From positions 32,001 to 96,000 of the forward strand of contig JBHLMN010000003.1 in assembly GCA_048938105.1 (NCBI GenBank): a stretch of DNA of 64,000 nucleotides, given 5' to 3'. The notes under the pieces are model-generated. The model saw only the letters and a list, made by a program, of their open reading frames with translations. It ran no database searches and was not told the DNA's origin. The DNA comes from Promethearchaeota archaeon. GTDB taxonomy: Archaea; Asgardarchaeota; Heimdallarchaeia; Hodarchaeales; Hodarchaeaceae. Positions 1 to 9,851 of this stretch are shown here, piece after piece. Both the position numbers and the translations under genes were made by a program. Position 1 is the first letter of the stretch. Each line of letters opens with the position of its first letter.

Positions 1-1572
1 CTGATGATTTAATTTTTTCCAGAGTATTGAATCCTTTATAATAACAAGGTGAGAATAGTTATCACCAGTTGAAATACCTTCTCCTCCACTAATATGGTGT
101 CTTAATTCTTCATATTTCCAACCATTAGAAGTATTGGTTGGTTTCATTGAATTGGTAAATCTCATTATTTGTACAAAGTTAAGATTTACATTAACCCAGA
201 ATGGATTTCCATTAATTTTCTCATATTCTCTTTGATTAATAAACTGAATAAAATTTTCTTGAGGATTGAAATAATCTGACTGATCTTTAAGGCGATCAAT
301 TAATTTAATTCTATTACTTCTTCGATCACGGCAAGCTGCACAAGCACAATACCTTTTACTCTGTAGTTTGGATTTTATTGGCTCGTAATTATATCCTTTC
401 TTACATAATTGCTTGGTTAAAGTAATAATACATGTTCGTGAGGTTGTCCGAGGCCTGAAAAGGTCAATTGGAGCAAGCAGAATTTCATCGATTTTACAGG
501 TATCTAATATTAACCGTCTGAGAGTAGTATGCGACTTTAAGGATAAAAAAGTGTCAGTTCCAATGAAACAGATCTTCCCTCCATTCTCAACATTTTTTAT
601 CGCGCTTGCTAAAAAAAATCCAAAAAGCTCATTTCCTTCCAATTTATAATCATAAACATACGCTTCCTTCCGATAAATCCTTCGATACAATTCTTTACGC
701 TCTAAAGAGGGGGGAATGCCATATGGAGGATTTCCAATAATACGGTCAATTTTTTTAGGATATATGTATTGATTCCAATTCTTTAATTCAAGCGTATCAA
801 AATTAAATATGTTTGATTTTCCTAACGACTGAGTCTCAAGGCTTAAAGAAAATATACGGACAGTTGAAAGAAGTACTGCATATGGATCGATATCATTACC
901 CCAAACTTGAGAAATTGCTTTCTGATTGGCATTTGCTTCATTACAACCCACTTCTACGTTCTTCTTCTTAAGCTTAGTGATACATGGCTCTAAAAAATTC
1001 CCATTCCCGCAAGCTGGATCAAAAACTACTGAGTCTCTCTCAAGATCAAGCTTTGATATCATATATTCAACTGTGTTCTTAGGCGTATAAAATACTCCTA
1101 AGGAGTGCTGTTGATTACATAATTTCAAAAGTTCTTGGTAGATCGCTCCTATTTGATAGTAACTTAGTGTTTTAAAGCTATATTTCGCGAAATACTCAAT
1201 TAAGGCTTTTTTTGCTTTTTGTGAGGGATTTAAATGATCGAAATCTGTCCTAGGAAGGGTGAGCTGTAAATCAGATACTTTATTTCTACTACTAAGATAT
1301 TTAGCTAAAATTTTCTTGCTTAAATAGTTTAATGATGCTCGAAACATGATCTCCCTTTCTATTTTCTTCTCAGAAGTGTAAAGAATTTCTTGTTTAAGTT
1401 GAGAAAATATTTTGTTTAATGATTCATGAGTCCCCTTCTTGTATTCTTTCCCATCCAAATCTATTAGCTTGTTTTGGATTATCCGCCTGATTTGATTAGC
1501 AATAGACTCTTGGATGACTGAAGTGACTTGAGAAAGTTCTCGTATTAGATTTGTAAATAAAAGATCTCTCAT
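1..1572 (-). CDS. N6-adenine DNA methyltransferase (TaqI/Eco57I-like gamma class), runs off the left window edge
   Basis: Not in the ORF track. Hand translation from ATG 1572, which overlaps the kinase stop as TAATG, gives GVFYTP, VFDPACGNGNFL (motif I), IIGNPPYG (motif IV) and GGKICFI. No stop was seen in the segments translated. Confidence 0.9.
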   Translation of the reverse strand, partial: MRDLLFTNLIRELSQVTSVIQESIANQIRRIIQNKLIDLDGKEYKKGTHESLNKIFSQLKQEILYTSEKKIEREIMFRASLNYLSKKILAKYLSSRNKVSDLQLTLPRTDFDHLNPSQKAKKALIEYFAKYSFKTLSYYQIGAIYQELLKLCNQQHSLGVFYTPKNTVEYMISKLDLERDSVVFDPACGNGNFLEPCITKLKKKNVEVGCNEANANQKAISQVWGNDIDPYAVLLSTVRIFSLSLETQSLGKSNIFNFDTLELKNWNQYIYPKKIDRIIGNPPYGIPPSLERKELYRRIYRKEAYVYDYKLEGNELFGFFLASAIKNVENGGKICFIGTDTFLSLKSHTTLRRLILDTCKIDEILLAPIDLFRPRTTSRTCIITLTKQLCKKGYNYEPIKSKLQSKRYCACAACRDRRSNRIKLIDRLKDQSDYFNPQENFIQFINQREYEKINGNPFWVNVNLNFVQIMRFTNSMKPTNTSNGWKYEELRHHISGGEGISTGDNYSHLVIIKDSILWKKLNHQ

Positions 1573-3113
1573 TATTGATCAATTGACAAAATTGCTTCTA
1601 ATACTCTCTTCCAGCGAGTGATTTTTTCAACTCTTTTTTTAGAATTTATGGAGGGATAAAAGTATTGGGGTTCCATTCGTGCATAAATCTCCTGTAACTG
1701 CTTTCTATCTTGCCAAAAGCCAACACTTAATCCAGCTAGATATGCTGCTCCAGTCGCAGTCATATCTGGTTCTGGTGCACGTATAACTTCCAAATTTGCA
1801 TAATCTGCAAGGCATTGTAACATAATATCTGATTTTGAAACTCCACCATCGGCTCTAAGTGACCGAATTGGTATCTTAGTATCCTTTTCTAAACCTTCAA
1901 GAATATCTACAAGTCGAAGCGCTATTCCCTCAAAAACAGCTCTTGCTACATGACTTCGATGGGTGTTTAATGATAATCCTAAAATTGTTCCTCGTGCATT
2001 AGGAGAAAAGTAAGGGAATCGTATCCCTGATAGTGTTGGTATAAAAATTACTCCACCAGTGTCCTTACATTTTGCTGCATACTCATTTAAAATCTTTGGT
2101 GTATCACTTAACCCAATTCCTTGTCCAAGCCAGTCTATTAATGTACCTGCGGTTGCTACAAATCCTTCAAGCATATATGTTCCCTTTCCATCAATTACCC
2201 ATGCTATGAGTGGAAATAAACCTCGTTTTGAGAGCTTTCCTGTTTCCCCTACGTTCATATCAACAAAACTCCCTGAACCCTGAGAGATTTTCACATCTCC
2301 CTTTTCAAAACAACATTGTCCAAAGAGTGCAGCCTGCTGATCACCACAAGCAGCCCGAATTGGAATTTCAACACCCTTAAATAAATTAGGATGAGTAGTT
2401 CCATAGTTACCGTTTGTGTCTTTTAATTCAGGAAGAATTTCAATAGGAATGTCAAATATACTAAATAGAACTGTATTCCATTTTAATTGGAATGGATTCA
2501 AGAGACCAGTTGCAGCGTTACTATAATCAGAAGCATGAACTTTTGAGTTTGTCAATTTGTAAATTAACCAAGTATCAATTGTTCCAAATGCAACTTCCCC
2601 TCTCCTACACCTTTCTCTCAATTTATCAGTATGGTCTAGAACCCATTTTAATCTTGTTGTGACATGATCTGTTGTAAAATCAAGCATTGAGGTTGCAGTA
2701 AGCATTGTACTTCTAGAAATTTTACTTGCAATCCATGCAAATTTCTTTAAAAGCCGCCATTTCTTATTTTTATTCATCTGATTACATGTGTCTGCTGCAC
2801 GAATATCAGCCCAATTTATAAAGTTAATAATAGGTTTACCAGTGTCTTTTTCCCAAAGGCTGAAACTCGCACGTTGATTTGCAATCCCAATTGCTGCAAT
2901 ATCCTTAGGAGACACTTGTGGTTTCTCAAAGATTCGATTGACAACAGTAATTAATGATTGCCAAAGCTCAATAGGATCATGTTCAATCCACCCTGCTTTT
3001 GGATAAAGCGCCGATGTAGTTTGATACTCATGGGCAATGATTTCTCCATCTTTATCGAATAAAACTGCTCGAATACCAGTTGATCCACTATCAATTGAGA
3101 GAATGTACTGCAT
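1572..3113 (-). CDS. FGGY-family glycerol kinase, GK5-like
   Basis: IDSGSTGIRA, GIANQRAS, FGTIDTWLIYKLT, GDQQAALFGQ and RADGGVS motifs. It has an extra basic helix after WADIRA. Confidence 0.9.
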   Translation of the reverse strand: MQYILSIDSGSTGIRAVLFDKDGEIIAHEYQTTSALYPKAGWIEHDPIELWQSLITVVNRIFEKPQVSPKDIAAIGIANQRASFSLWEKDTGKPIINFINWADIRAADTCNQMNKNKKWRLLKKFAWIASKISRSTMLTATSMLDFTTDHVTTRLKWVLDHTDKLRERCRRGEVAFGTIDTWLIYKLTNSKVHASDYSNAATGLLNPFQLKWNTVLFSIFDIPIEILPELKDTNGNYGTTHPNLFKGVEIPIRAACGDQQAALFGQCCFEKGDVKISQGSGSFVDMNVGETGKLSKRGLFPLIAWVIDGKGTYMLEGFVATAGTLIDWLGQGIGLSDTPKILNEYAAKCKDTGGVIFIPTLSGIRFPYFSPNARGTILGLSLNTHRSHVARAVFEGIALRLVDILEGLEKDTKIPIRSLRADGGVSKSDIMLQCLADYANLEVIRAPEPDMTATGAAYLAGLSVGFWQDRKQLQEIYARMEPQYFYPSINSKKRVEKITRWKRVLEAILSIDQ

Positions 3114-3395
3114 TTTGATCTCTTCAACTTTTACTTTTAGAAACTTTTAAACTTCATCCAACAAAGAAATTCCTCGTGCAACGATAAGATGTATCTTTGG
3201 TAAACAGATCAACGAAATGATCCCTCTTCTGTTTTGTTTCAAATTAATCACATTGTAAATATATCTTGATAGAATTATGCCACATAAGGAGGATTTTTTA
3301 AAGAGTAGGGATCTTAGCCAATTGAATATTTTTAGTTTGTTGACTGGAATTTTATTTCTCATAAATTAAGTCAAGTAAAAGTAAGTGGTTAAGTT

Positions 3396-4664
3396 ATGCC
3401 AGAACAACAAAAAGTGTTTATTGCTGGAGGAACCACCACACCCTTTGATTATCCATTAAATCTTCAAATCGAAGAGATGGTGGCGAATTGCATCCGGCAA
3501 TTATATACAGATGTTCCCGAATTTCATCTAAGAGATGTTAGGGAAAAAGGTATGGTAGTCTATTCGCATTTTTCAGTGCACTTCAGTCATCAATTGACTG
3601 CTTATTGGATCTTACACGATCATCTTGGCCTTGTCGGCGTTCCCCACTTCCGGATAGATAATGGTGGTAATACAGGTGGTTCTGCGCTTTACGCAGCTTA
3701 TGCTCTTGTACGTGCAGGACTTGCAGACATTGTGCCTGTGATCGGATATGAATTGATGGGATCTGTTTCACAAAGTAAAGGATCTGAATTCATTGCTATT
3801 GCTTCAGATACTAGATATGAGGCAATGCTAGGAGCCAATTATACCAATTATTATGCAGGATTAGCACGAGTTTTTATGGAAAAATACGGTTTGACAGAAG
3901 AGGATTTCGCTGAAATAGCTGCTAAAAATAAGAATAATGCCATAGCCACAGGTGAAAAAGCTCAACATTATCGGAAAGTCGGAAGTAAGTTGACTGTTGA
4001 AGACGTTATGAATTCACGCCTAATTTCCTATCCACTAAAAAAATGGGACTGTTGTTTTATGTCTGAGGGAGCTGCGACGGTTTTAGTGTGCAATGAACAG
4101 TTTGCTAAACAATATGCTCCTGACCATTATGTTGAGATTGTTGGAGCAGGTCTATCATCATGTACTATTCGTGCAGGTGATCGTTATGCATTTCCAGGAT
4201 GGACTGAACGATACGGGGAAGGTTACCCTGGATTAGGGGAATTCGCTGCATGCCGTCACTCCGCAGAAATTGCTTTCAAGATGGCTGGTATTGAATGGAA
4301 AGATTCTTACAAAAGTTTAGATGTCGCAGAAGTTCATGATGCTTTCTCTACTTCTGAATTTCAAATCTACAACGCTCTTGGCTGGTGTCAGTCTATTACA
4401 CCTAAACAATTCATTAAAGATAGAATACCAATGATGGAAGGAGAAATTCCTACAAACCCTGGCGGTGGGCTTATTGGTTATGGTCACCCAGTTGGAGCTA
4501 CTGGATTAATGTCTACTATCGAATGTTACTACCAACTCGCAGGTTTGATTCCAAGAGAGCACAGATCAACAGAGAATGAAGTAAAAGATGCTGAAGTTGG
4601 CTTAGTCAATTCTCATGCGGGAACAGGAACATCAATCAGCAATTTCATCTTGAAGAGAGTGTGA
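3396..4664 (+). CDS. Thiolase-family protein (SCP2/archaeal type) lacking the N-terminal catalytic Cys
   Basis: EVHDAF and NPGGGLIGYGHPVGATG motifs are present. The usual xCASG loop reads DNGGNTGG. Confidence 0.88.
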   Translation: MPEQQKVFIAGGTTTPFDYPLNLQIEEMVANCIRQLYTDVPEFHLRDVREKGMVVYSHFSVHFSHQLTAYWILHDHLGLVGVPHFRIDNGGNTGGSALYAAYALVRAGLADIVPVIGYELMGSVSQSKGSEFIAIASDTRYEAMLGANYTNYYAGLARVFMEKYGLTEEDFAEIAAKNKNNAIATGEKAQHYRKVGSKLTVEDVMNSRLISYPLKKWDCCFMSEGAATVLVCNEQFAKQYAPDHYVEIVGAGLSSCTIRAGDRYAFPGWTERYGEGYPGLGEFAACRHSAEIAFKMAGIEWKDSYKSLDVAEVHDAFSTSEFQIYNALGWCQSITPKQFIKDRIPMMEGEIPTNPGGGLIGYGHPVGATGLMSTIECYYQLAGLIPREHRSTENEVKDAEVGLVNSHAGTGTSISNFILKRV

Positions 4665-4675
4665 GGTGATTATAG

Positions 4676-5341
4676 ATGAAAAAGAATTTGCATCCAACCC
4701 CAAATAACAAAGATTTTACCTGGGAAAAATGGTCTAAGCTTAACGAGTTAATTCCTGAAAAAGGATGGGTTTTTCAGAAAGTCAGAACGGGAGTAGCAGA
4801 GGGTGCTGACTGGGTTGAACAACAGATCTATTATGATATGCTATACACCTTCCGATTAGGCGCTTTGAGTCCGTATGCTAAAGGATTACTCGAAGGTAAA
4901 TTGTTAGGGACCAGATGCCCTAAATGTGGAGATGTGACCTTTCCTCCACGAGTAAACTGCTGGAATCTTGATTGTAACCTTGAAATAACGGAATGGGTGG
5001 AAATGCCTCCTTCAGGGATTTTACACACTTTCACAATTTGTGGTTTTGCTGCCAAAAGTGCTCTAAAGAAGTTACCTTTCGTTCTTGCATATGTTCTTGT
5101 TGGGAAAAGTAAGACTGCAATTACTAACATATTAAAAATTGCAGAACCTTGGCACGTTGAAACAGATATGCCAGTCGTAGTTAAGTTTACTGAGAAGAAG
5201 CGAGTTGGTAATCTTATTGACTTTTGGTTTGAACCTGATCCAAGTTGGAATCCTTCTCCAATGAACCCCGAGAAAGAGCGTATCAAAAAATTATGTGAGC
5301 CTGTTTACGAATGGATTAGAATACTAAAAAGGAGTATCTAA
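4676..5341 (+). CDS. DUF35 Zn-ribbon/OB-fold thiolase partner
   Basis: LLGTRCPKCGDVTFPPRVNCWNLDC ribbon followed by an OB fold, 11 bp downstream of the thiolase. Confidence 0.9.
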   Translation: MKKNLHPTPNNKDFTWEKWSKLNELIPEKGWVFQKVRTGVAEGADWVEQQIYYDMLYTFRLGALSPYAKGLLEGKLLGTRCPKCGDVTFPPRVNCWNLDCNLEITEWVEMPPSGILHTFTICGFAAKSALKKLPFVLAYVLVGKSKTAITNILKIAEPWHVETDMPVVVKFTEKKRVGNLIDFWFEPDPSWNPSPMNPEKERIKKLCEPVYEWIRILKRSI

Positions 5342-5344
5342 TAC

Positions 5345-5367
5345 CTTTCCCTTTTTTTTATTTTATT
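5345..5367 (+). terminator. T-rich archaeal terminator after the thiolase/DUF35 pair
   Basis: cttttccctttttttta-tttt immediately after the stop codon. Confidence 0.5.
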
Positions 5368-5498
5368 CTCTGAAATTCAGTAACCAACTATGAATCACAT
5401 CAAGACATATTGATCACAAAATTTTCAATAGCAAAAAAAGTAAATATTGAAAAAGATCATATCTTAAAAACTACTGAATAATATTAGTAATCCTGGAG

Positions 5499-7484
5499 GT
5501 GAAAGGTTTGTCTAAATTACTTTGGGCACCTTCTGAGGAGCAAATCAAGCAAGCAAACATAACTCTTTTCACTGAATTTGTAAACAATAAATATAATCTT
5601 GATTTGACCTCATATCATCAACTTTATAATTGGTCTATCAAAAATGTTCAAGATTTTTGGGCTTCTATGTGGGATTATGGGGGTATTATTTCTTCTAGAA
5701 AGTATAAAACTGTGGTTGATAATTTTGATGATTTTTTCGCAGTCAAATGGTTTCCAGGAGCGCAATTAAATTTTGCAGAAAATCTATTACGCCATCATGA
5801 TGACAAGGATCACTTAGCTTACATATTTCATGGAGAAGATCAAAAATCAAGACGAATGACTTACAAAGAGCTTTTTTTGCAAGTGGCAAGATTTACTAAA
5901 TCATTACAGGAGTTAGATGTGACCTCTGGAGACTGTGTGGCTGGATATATTCCAAATCTTATAGAAACTGTTATAGCAATGTTAGCTGCCACAAGTCTTG
6001 GAGCATCATGGGCATCTTGTGGAGCAGAACTAGGACCAACAGCTGTTCTAGATCGCCTTGGTCAAATAAAACCTAAAATTCTAATCACTGCTGATGGGTA
6101 TTTCTACAAAGGAAAGACATTTTCAAGTTTAATTAATGTCGAACAGGTAATAAAAGAATTACCATCTGTAGAAAGAGTTATTGTAACCCCCTACATAAAA
6201 AAACTACCTAATATTGATAATATTCCTCATTCAACATATTATAATGAATTTCTATCTCCAGAAACACAGCCAAGAATAGAATTTGAGCAATTACCTTTTT
6301 CTCATCCAGGGTATATCATGTTTTCTTCCGGAACTACAGGAAAACCTAAATGTATGGTTCAAAGCACTGGAGGAGTTTTACTTACTCAATTACGGGATCT
6401 GATATTACATACAGATGTGAAAAAGACTGATAGAATCACCTACAATACTTCGCCTTCTTGGATGATGTGGAATTGGCTTAACTGTTCACTCGCTATTGGA
6501 GCAACCATTTTACTTTATGAAGGAAATCCGCTGTATCCTGATTGGGGAGCGATGTGGAAATTAATTCAAGATGAAAGAATTACCATTTTTGGAACTAGTG
6601 CTAGTTATCTCCATTATCTAAGTGGGATTGGCGCTCAACCTAGTAAGAAGTTTGATTTATCCTCTTTACGGGTAATCTCTCAAACTGCATCCCCCATATC
6701 ATCAGAAGCGATGGAATGGATCTATAAAGAAGTGAAGAAAGATGTTCATTTCAATTCAATCACGGGAGGGTCTGATCTCAACGCGATATTTGCAGGGGGG
6801 TGCCTAATTCTACCACTTTACACCGAGGTGCCCATCCAATGCCGAGCTTTAGGGATGAAGATTGAAGCATACAATGATGAAGCTGTAGCTGTTAGAGATC
6901 AACAAGCTGAACTCGTGGTAGAACATCCATTTCCTAGTGCCCCATTATACTTTTGGAACGATCCCGATAACAAAAAGTACGAAGAAGCTTACTTCACTTT
7001 TTTCAAACCAATGGGGAAAACAGTCTGGCGACACGGAGATTATATTATCATCCATCAAGAAACAGAGGGGATAACCATCTTTGGAAGGTCGGATGCAGTT
7101 TTAAAACCTTCTGGAGTTCGTATTGGAACATCAGAGATTTATAATACTGTAGAAACATTGCCTGAGATTGAAGATAGTCTCGCTATAGGTCAGAGCTGGA
7201 AGGGAGATCAAAGAATCATTCTCTTTGTCAAAATAACTGAAGGATATTCTTTAACGAAAAAATTGAGGAATAAGATTAAGCAAATCTTACGAGAAAACGC
7301 ATCACCTCGTCATGTCCCTGCATTAATCCTAGAAACACCTGATATCCCGTATACGTTTTCAATGAAAAAAGTTGAAATTGCAGTCACTAATATCCTTCAT
7401 GATAAGCCAGTGACAAATCGTGGGGCGTTATCCAATCCAGAATCGCTGGATTATTTCGAGAAAATTCGTTCTGACTTAATCTGA
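5499..7484 (+). CDS. Acetoacetate--CoA ligase (AACS family)
   Basis: LWAPSEE N-terminus, WFPGAQLNFAENLL, IMFSSGTTGKPKC, SPSWMMWNWL, GRSDAVLKPSGVRIGTSEIY and SPRHVP motifs. Confidence 0.92.
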   Translation: MKGLSKLLWAPSEEQIKQANITLFTEFVNNKYNLDLTSYHQLYNWSIKNVQDFWASMWDYGGIISSRKYKTVVDNFDDFFAVKWFPGAQLNFAENLLRHHDDKDHLAYIFHGEDQKSRRMTYKELFLQVARFTKSLQELDVTSGDCVAGYIPNLIETVIAMLAATSLGASWASCGAELGPTAVLDRLGQIKPKILITADGYFYKGKTFSSLINVEQVIKELPSVERVIVTPYIKKLPNIDNIPHSTYYNEFLSPETQPRIEFEQLPFSHPGYIMFSSGTTGKPKCMVQSTGGVLLTQLRDLILHTDVKKTDRITYNTSPSWMMWNWLNCSLAIGATILLYEGNPLYPDWGAMWKLIQDERITIFGTSASYLHYLSGIGAQPSKKFDLSSLRVISQTASPISSEAMEWIYKEVKKDVHFNSITGGSDLNAIFAGGCLILPLYTEVPIQCRALGMKIEAYNDEAVAVRDQQAELVVEHPFPSAPLYFWNDPDNKKYEEAYFTFFKPMGKTVWRHGDYIIIHQETEGITIFGRSDAVLKPSGVRIGTSEIYNTVETLPEIEDSLAIGQSWKGDQRIILFVKITEGYSLTKKLRNKIKQILRENASPRHVPALILETPDIPYTFSMKKVEIAVTNILHDKPVTNRGALSNPESLDYFEKIRSDLI

Positions 7485-7528
7485 TAACTGATAATTCTCT
7501 TTCTCCATCAAATAGGAACAATTGTATA

Positions 7529-8170
7529 TTAATCAGATCCTTTAGTCGCTTTTTCGCGCTCAATCTCCCCTTTTAGATTTGTTATTTCATCAATTTTTTT
7601 ATCAATTGCCTCTTTGACGCGTAAAACGTCTCTACTTACTTTTTCTATTTCTTTAGTTACTTCTTTCTTTTTCTCCTCATCCTCAGTCTCAGTTTGGAAT
7701 TCTTCAAGGGTGAATAACTTGTATTGTTGAGAACCAAGTTGAAGTTTCAACTCAATTAATTGGCCTTCTTTAGATTCCAGCTCTTGTTCAACCAACTCAA
7801 CACGGTCAACATCCAGTAGATTTTCAGCTAGTTCAATATAACGACGAATAGATCGAATTTTTAGCTCTCCAGCCTTCTTTTTCTTTCTAAAAAACAAAGC
7901 CAAATTACTATTTTCACCAAGTTTTAAGATTATGACGTTTATTCCATCTGTGTCAAATACAAGTTTATTAAATCCTTCTAAATCAAAATTACATATCTCG
8001 TACATTTTTTGCATGGAAATTAATGTTTCAGAGAAATTTTCCCCCAGTTTTGGTATATTTACTGGACGTTCAAATGTCGTGTGGAATACAGTGCCATCAT
8101 TATAAAACATAACCACATGTTCTACTTCTGGTAAAGTTTTCTTAATGCGTTCTATAGTATTTTCAATCAT
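7529..8170 (-). CDS. Roadblock/longin-like domain fused to a C-terminal coiled coil
   Basis: Helix, then HVVMFYNDGTVF hairpin, helix, three strands (LVFDT/VIILKL/LALFF) and a final helix, followed by E/K-rich heptads. Confidence 0.6.
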   Translation of the reverse strand: MIENTIERIKKTLPEVEHVVMFYNDGTVFHTTFERPVNIPKLGENFSETLISMQKMYEICNFDLEGFNKLVFDTDGINVIILKLGENSNLALFFRKKKKAGELKIRSIRRYIELAENLLDVDRVELVEQELESKEGQLIELKLQLGSQQYKLFTLEEFQTETEDEEKKKEVTKEIEKVSRDVLRVKEAIDKKIDEITNLKGEIEREKATKGSD

Positions 8171-8181
8171 AATTCTCGCCT

Positions 8182-9636
8182 TTAAGTAATTATGAAATTT
8201 CTAAATCGTGTGAATGCTTTATTTACTCCTAACTGGATTTTATACGGACCTGTTTTTTGTAAGATAAATATAAAAGTCGTGAAAAAACCAATTATAATAA
8301 TAAAGACAAATCCTAGAGTAAGATGGTAAAATAAAGTGAAATAAAGGGTTGCTAGAAACAATTGGTACATTGTCGCAATAAATCCAAGTTTCCAAAAAGT
8401 TAAAATGCTGATTGGACGATTATTTTCCCTGGCAATATTTAAAACAAGGATATTATCTCCCAAAGGAGTCAAGTTATCACCCCAATTGGCACCAATAGAA
8501 AGACTGAAAAAATACATATTTGTTAAAGTAGAACTGTTACCAGAGATACCTGTTACTATAGGAATAAAAGCCTTAGTAATTGGAACGTTATCAATTACTG
8601 CACTCGATAAAGCTGCAATCCACATAATCAAGATCAACTGTAGAAAATCGTCTCCTGCTCCAATATTCCTTAAAACACTTTCTACATAAGTTAATACACC
8701 TACTACCTCCAATCCTCCAACAATAACGAAAATACCAAGGAGGTAAAAAATTAATTCAAAATCGAATTTTCTTATGATTTCCCTTGCGTCTAAACGACTG
8801 AAAATTGTTAATACCATTGCTATACTCAAAGCGATCGCATCTGGAGCAACAATTTCTTCCAATGCAAACAACGAGATCATTAAAACGATTAAAGCTCCTA
8901 ATGACGCATATAAAAGACGAGGACTTTGGACGACATTCCATATATCAAAATCATATAGAAGGATATTGATGGCTTTGTCTTTTGGGATAGACAATTCATT
9001 CTTATAGATGAATACGAATAATAAAATAGTAAACGCAATTGTGATAATTGAAAAAATCCCAACCTTAAAGAAGAAATCTGGAAACGAAATTCCAACTTCT
9101 CTTGTGATTATAATATTAGGTATAGAAGAAATAGGGAAAACTGTTCCCCCGAGATTCACCATAATTGCTTGTGTCAAGATATAGGGAGTTGGAGACACGT
9201 TCAACACGCGTGATATTGTGATTGTGAGGGGGATCAATATCATAACGGTTAAAATGTTATTCAGAATAGATGAAAAAACAGCTGAAACAATACATAAAAT
9301 AATCAGCAAAGGAATGGGTTTTCCTTTACTCATCTTGATTGCAATCACCGCTAAAAACTGAAATGTTCCTATCTCATCCGAAATGTGGACAATAAACATG
9401 ATACCCACAATTAACATCAATGAATGAAGATTTACGAAACCATCATCTTGAGTTCCAAATAGTAGATCTACGATTAAGGAAAAATCACTTTGTTCAAAGA
9501 ATGTTAATACAAAATATGTGATTAAAGCCCCAGAGATAGCCAAGATGGCACGATTCATCTTTTCTGTCATTATAAGGACAATTAAAGCAATAAAGCAACA
9601 TGTAATGATCAAGGCACTGATTAAAATCCTAATCAC
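8182..9636 (-). CDS. ArsB/NhaD/SLC13-like ion transporter (P-protein-like)
   Basis: Many TM helices with SSILNN, NLGG..PISSIPNII, SAVIDNVP and GANWGDNLTPLG motifs. Confidence 0.85.
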   Translation of the reverse strand: MIRILISALIITCCFIALIVLIMTEKMNRAILAISGALITYFVLTFFEQSDFSLIVDLLFGTQDDGFVNLHSLMLIVGIMFIVHISDEIGTFQFLAVIAIKMSKGKPIPLLIILCIVSAVFSSILNNILTVMILIPLTITISRVLNVSPTPYILTQAIMVNLGGTVFPISSIPNIIITREVGISFPDFFFKVGIFSIITIAFTILLFVFIYKNELSIPKDKAINILLYDFDIWNVVQSPRLLYASLGALIVLMISLFALEEIVAPDAIALSIAMVLTIFSRLDAREIIRKFDFELIFYLLGIFVIVGGLEVVGVLTYVESVLRNIGAGDDFLQLILIMWIAALSSAVIDNVPITKAFIPIVTGISGNSSTLTNMYFFSLSIGANWGDNLTPLGDNILVLNIARENNRPISILTFWKLGFIATMYQLFLATLYFTLFYHLTLGFVFIIIIGFFTTFIFILQKTGPYKIQLGVNKAFTRFRNFIIT

Positions 9637-9851
9637 CTAGAATATATTCGATTATTTTTCCTTTTTTCATATTGTATAACTAGGGAGCTGATTCGAGAAG
9701 AATAACATGGGGATCTTCTTTATCCTTTCTTTTTTTCATTCAGAATCTTTATCTTCAAAGTCTATATTAGTTCCTCGTAAAACTTTCTCGCTTAAATAAA
9801 AAAGGCAAGAAATTACGTTTATTATTATGTCACTCTGAGGTAATCAGAATA

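Noticed and set aside
413-649. 78-aa plus-strand ORF
   Set aside because: Antisense to the methyltransferase, which is the real gene.
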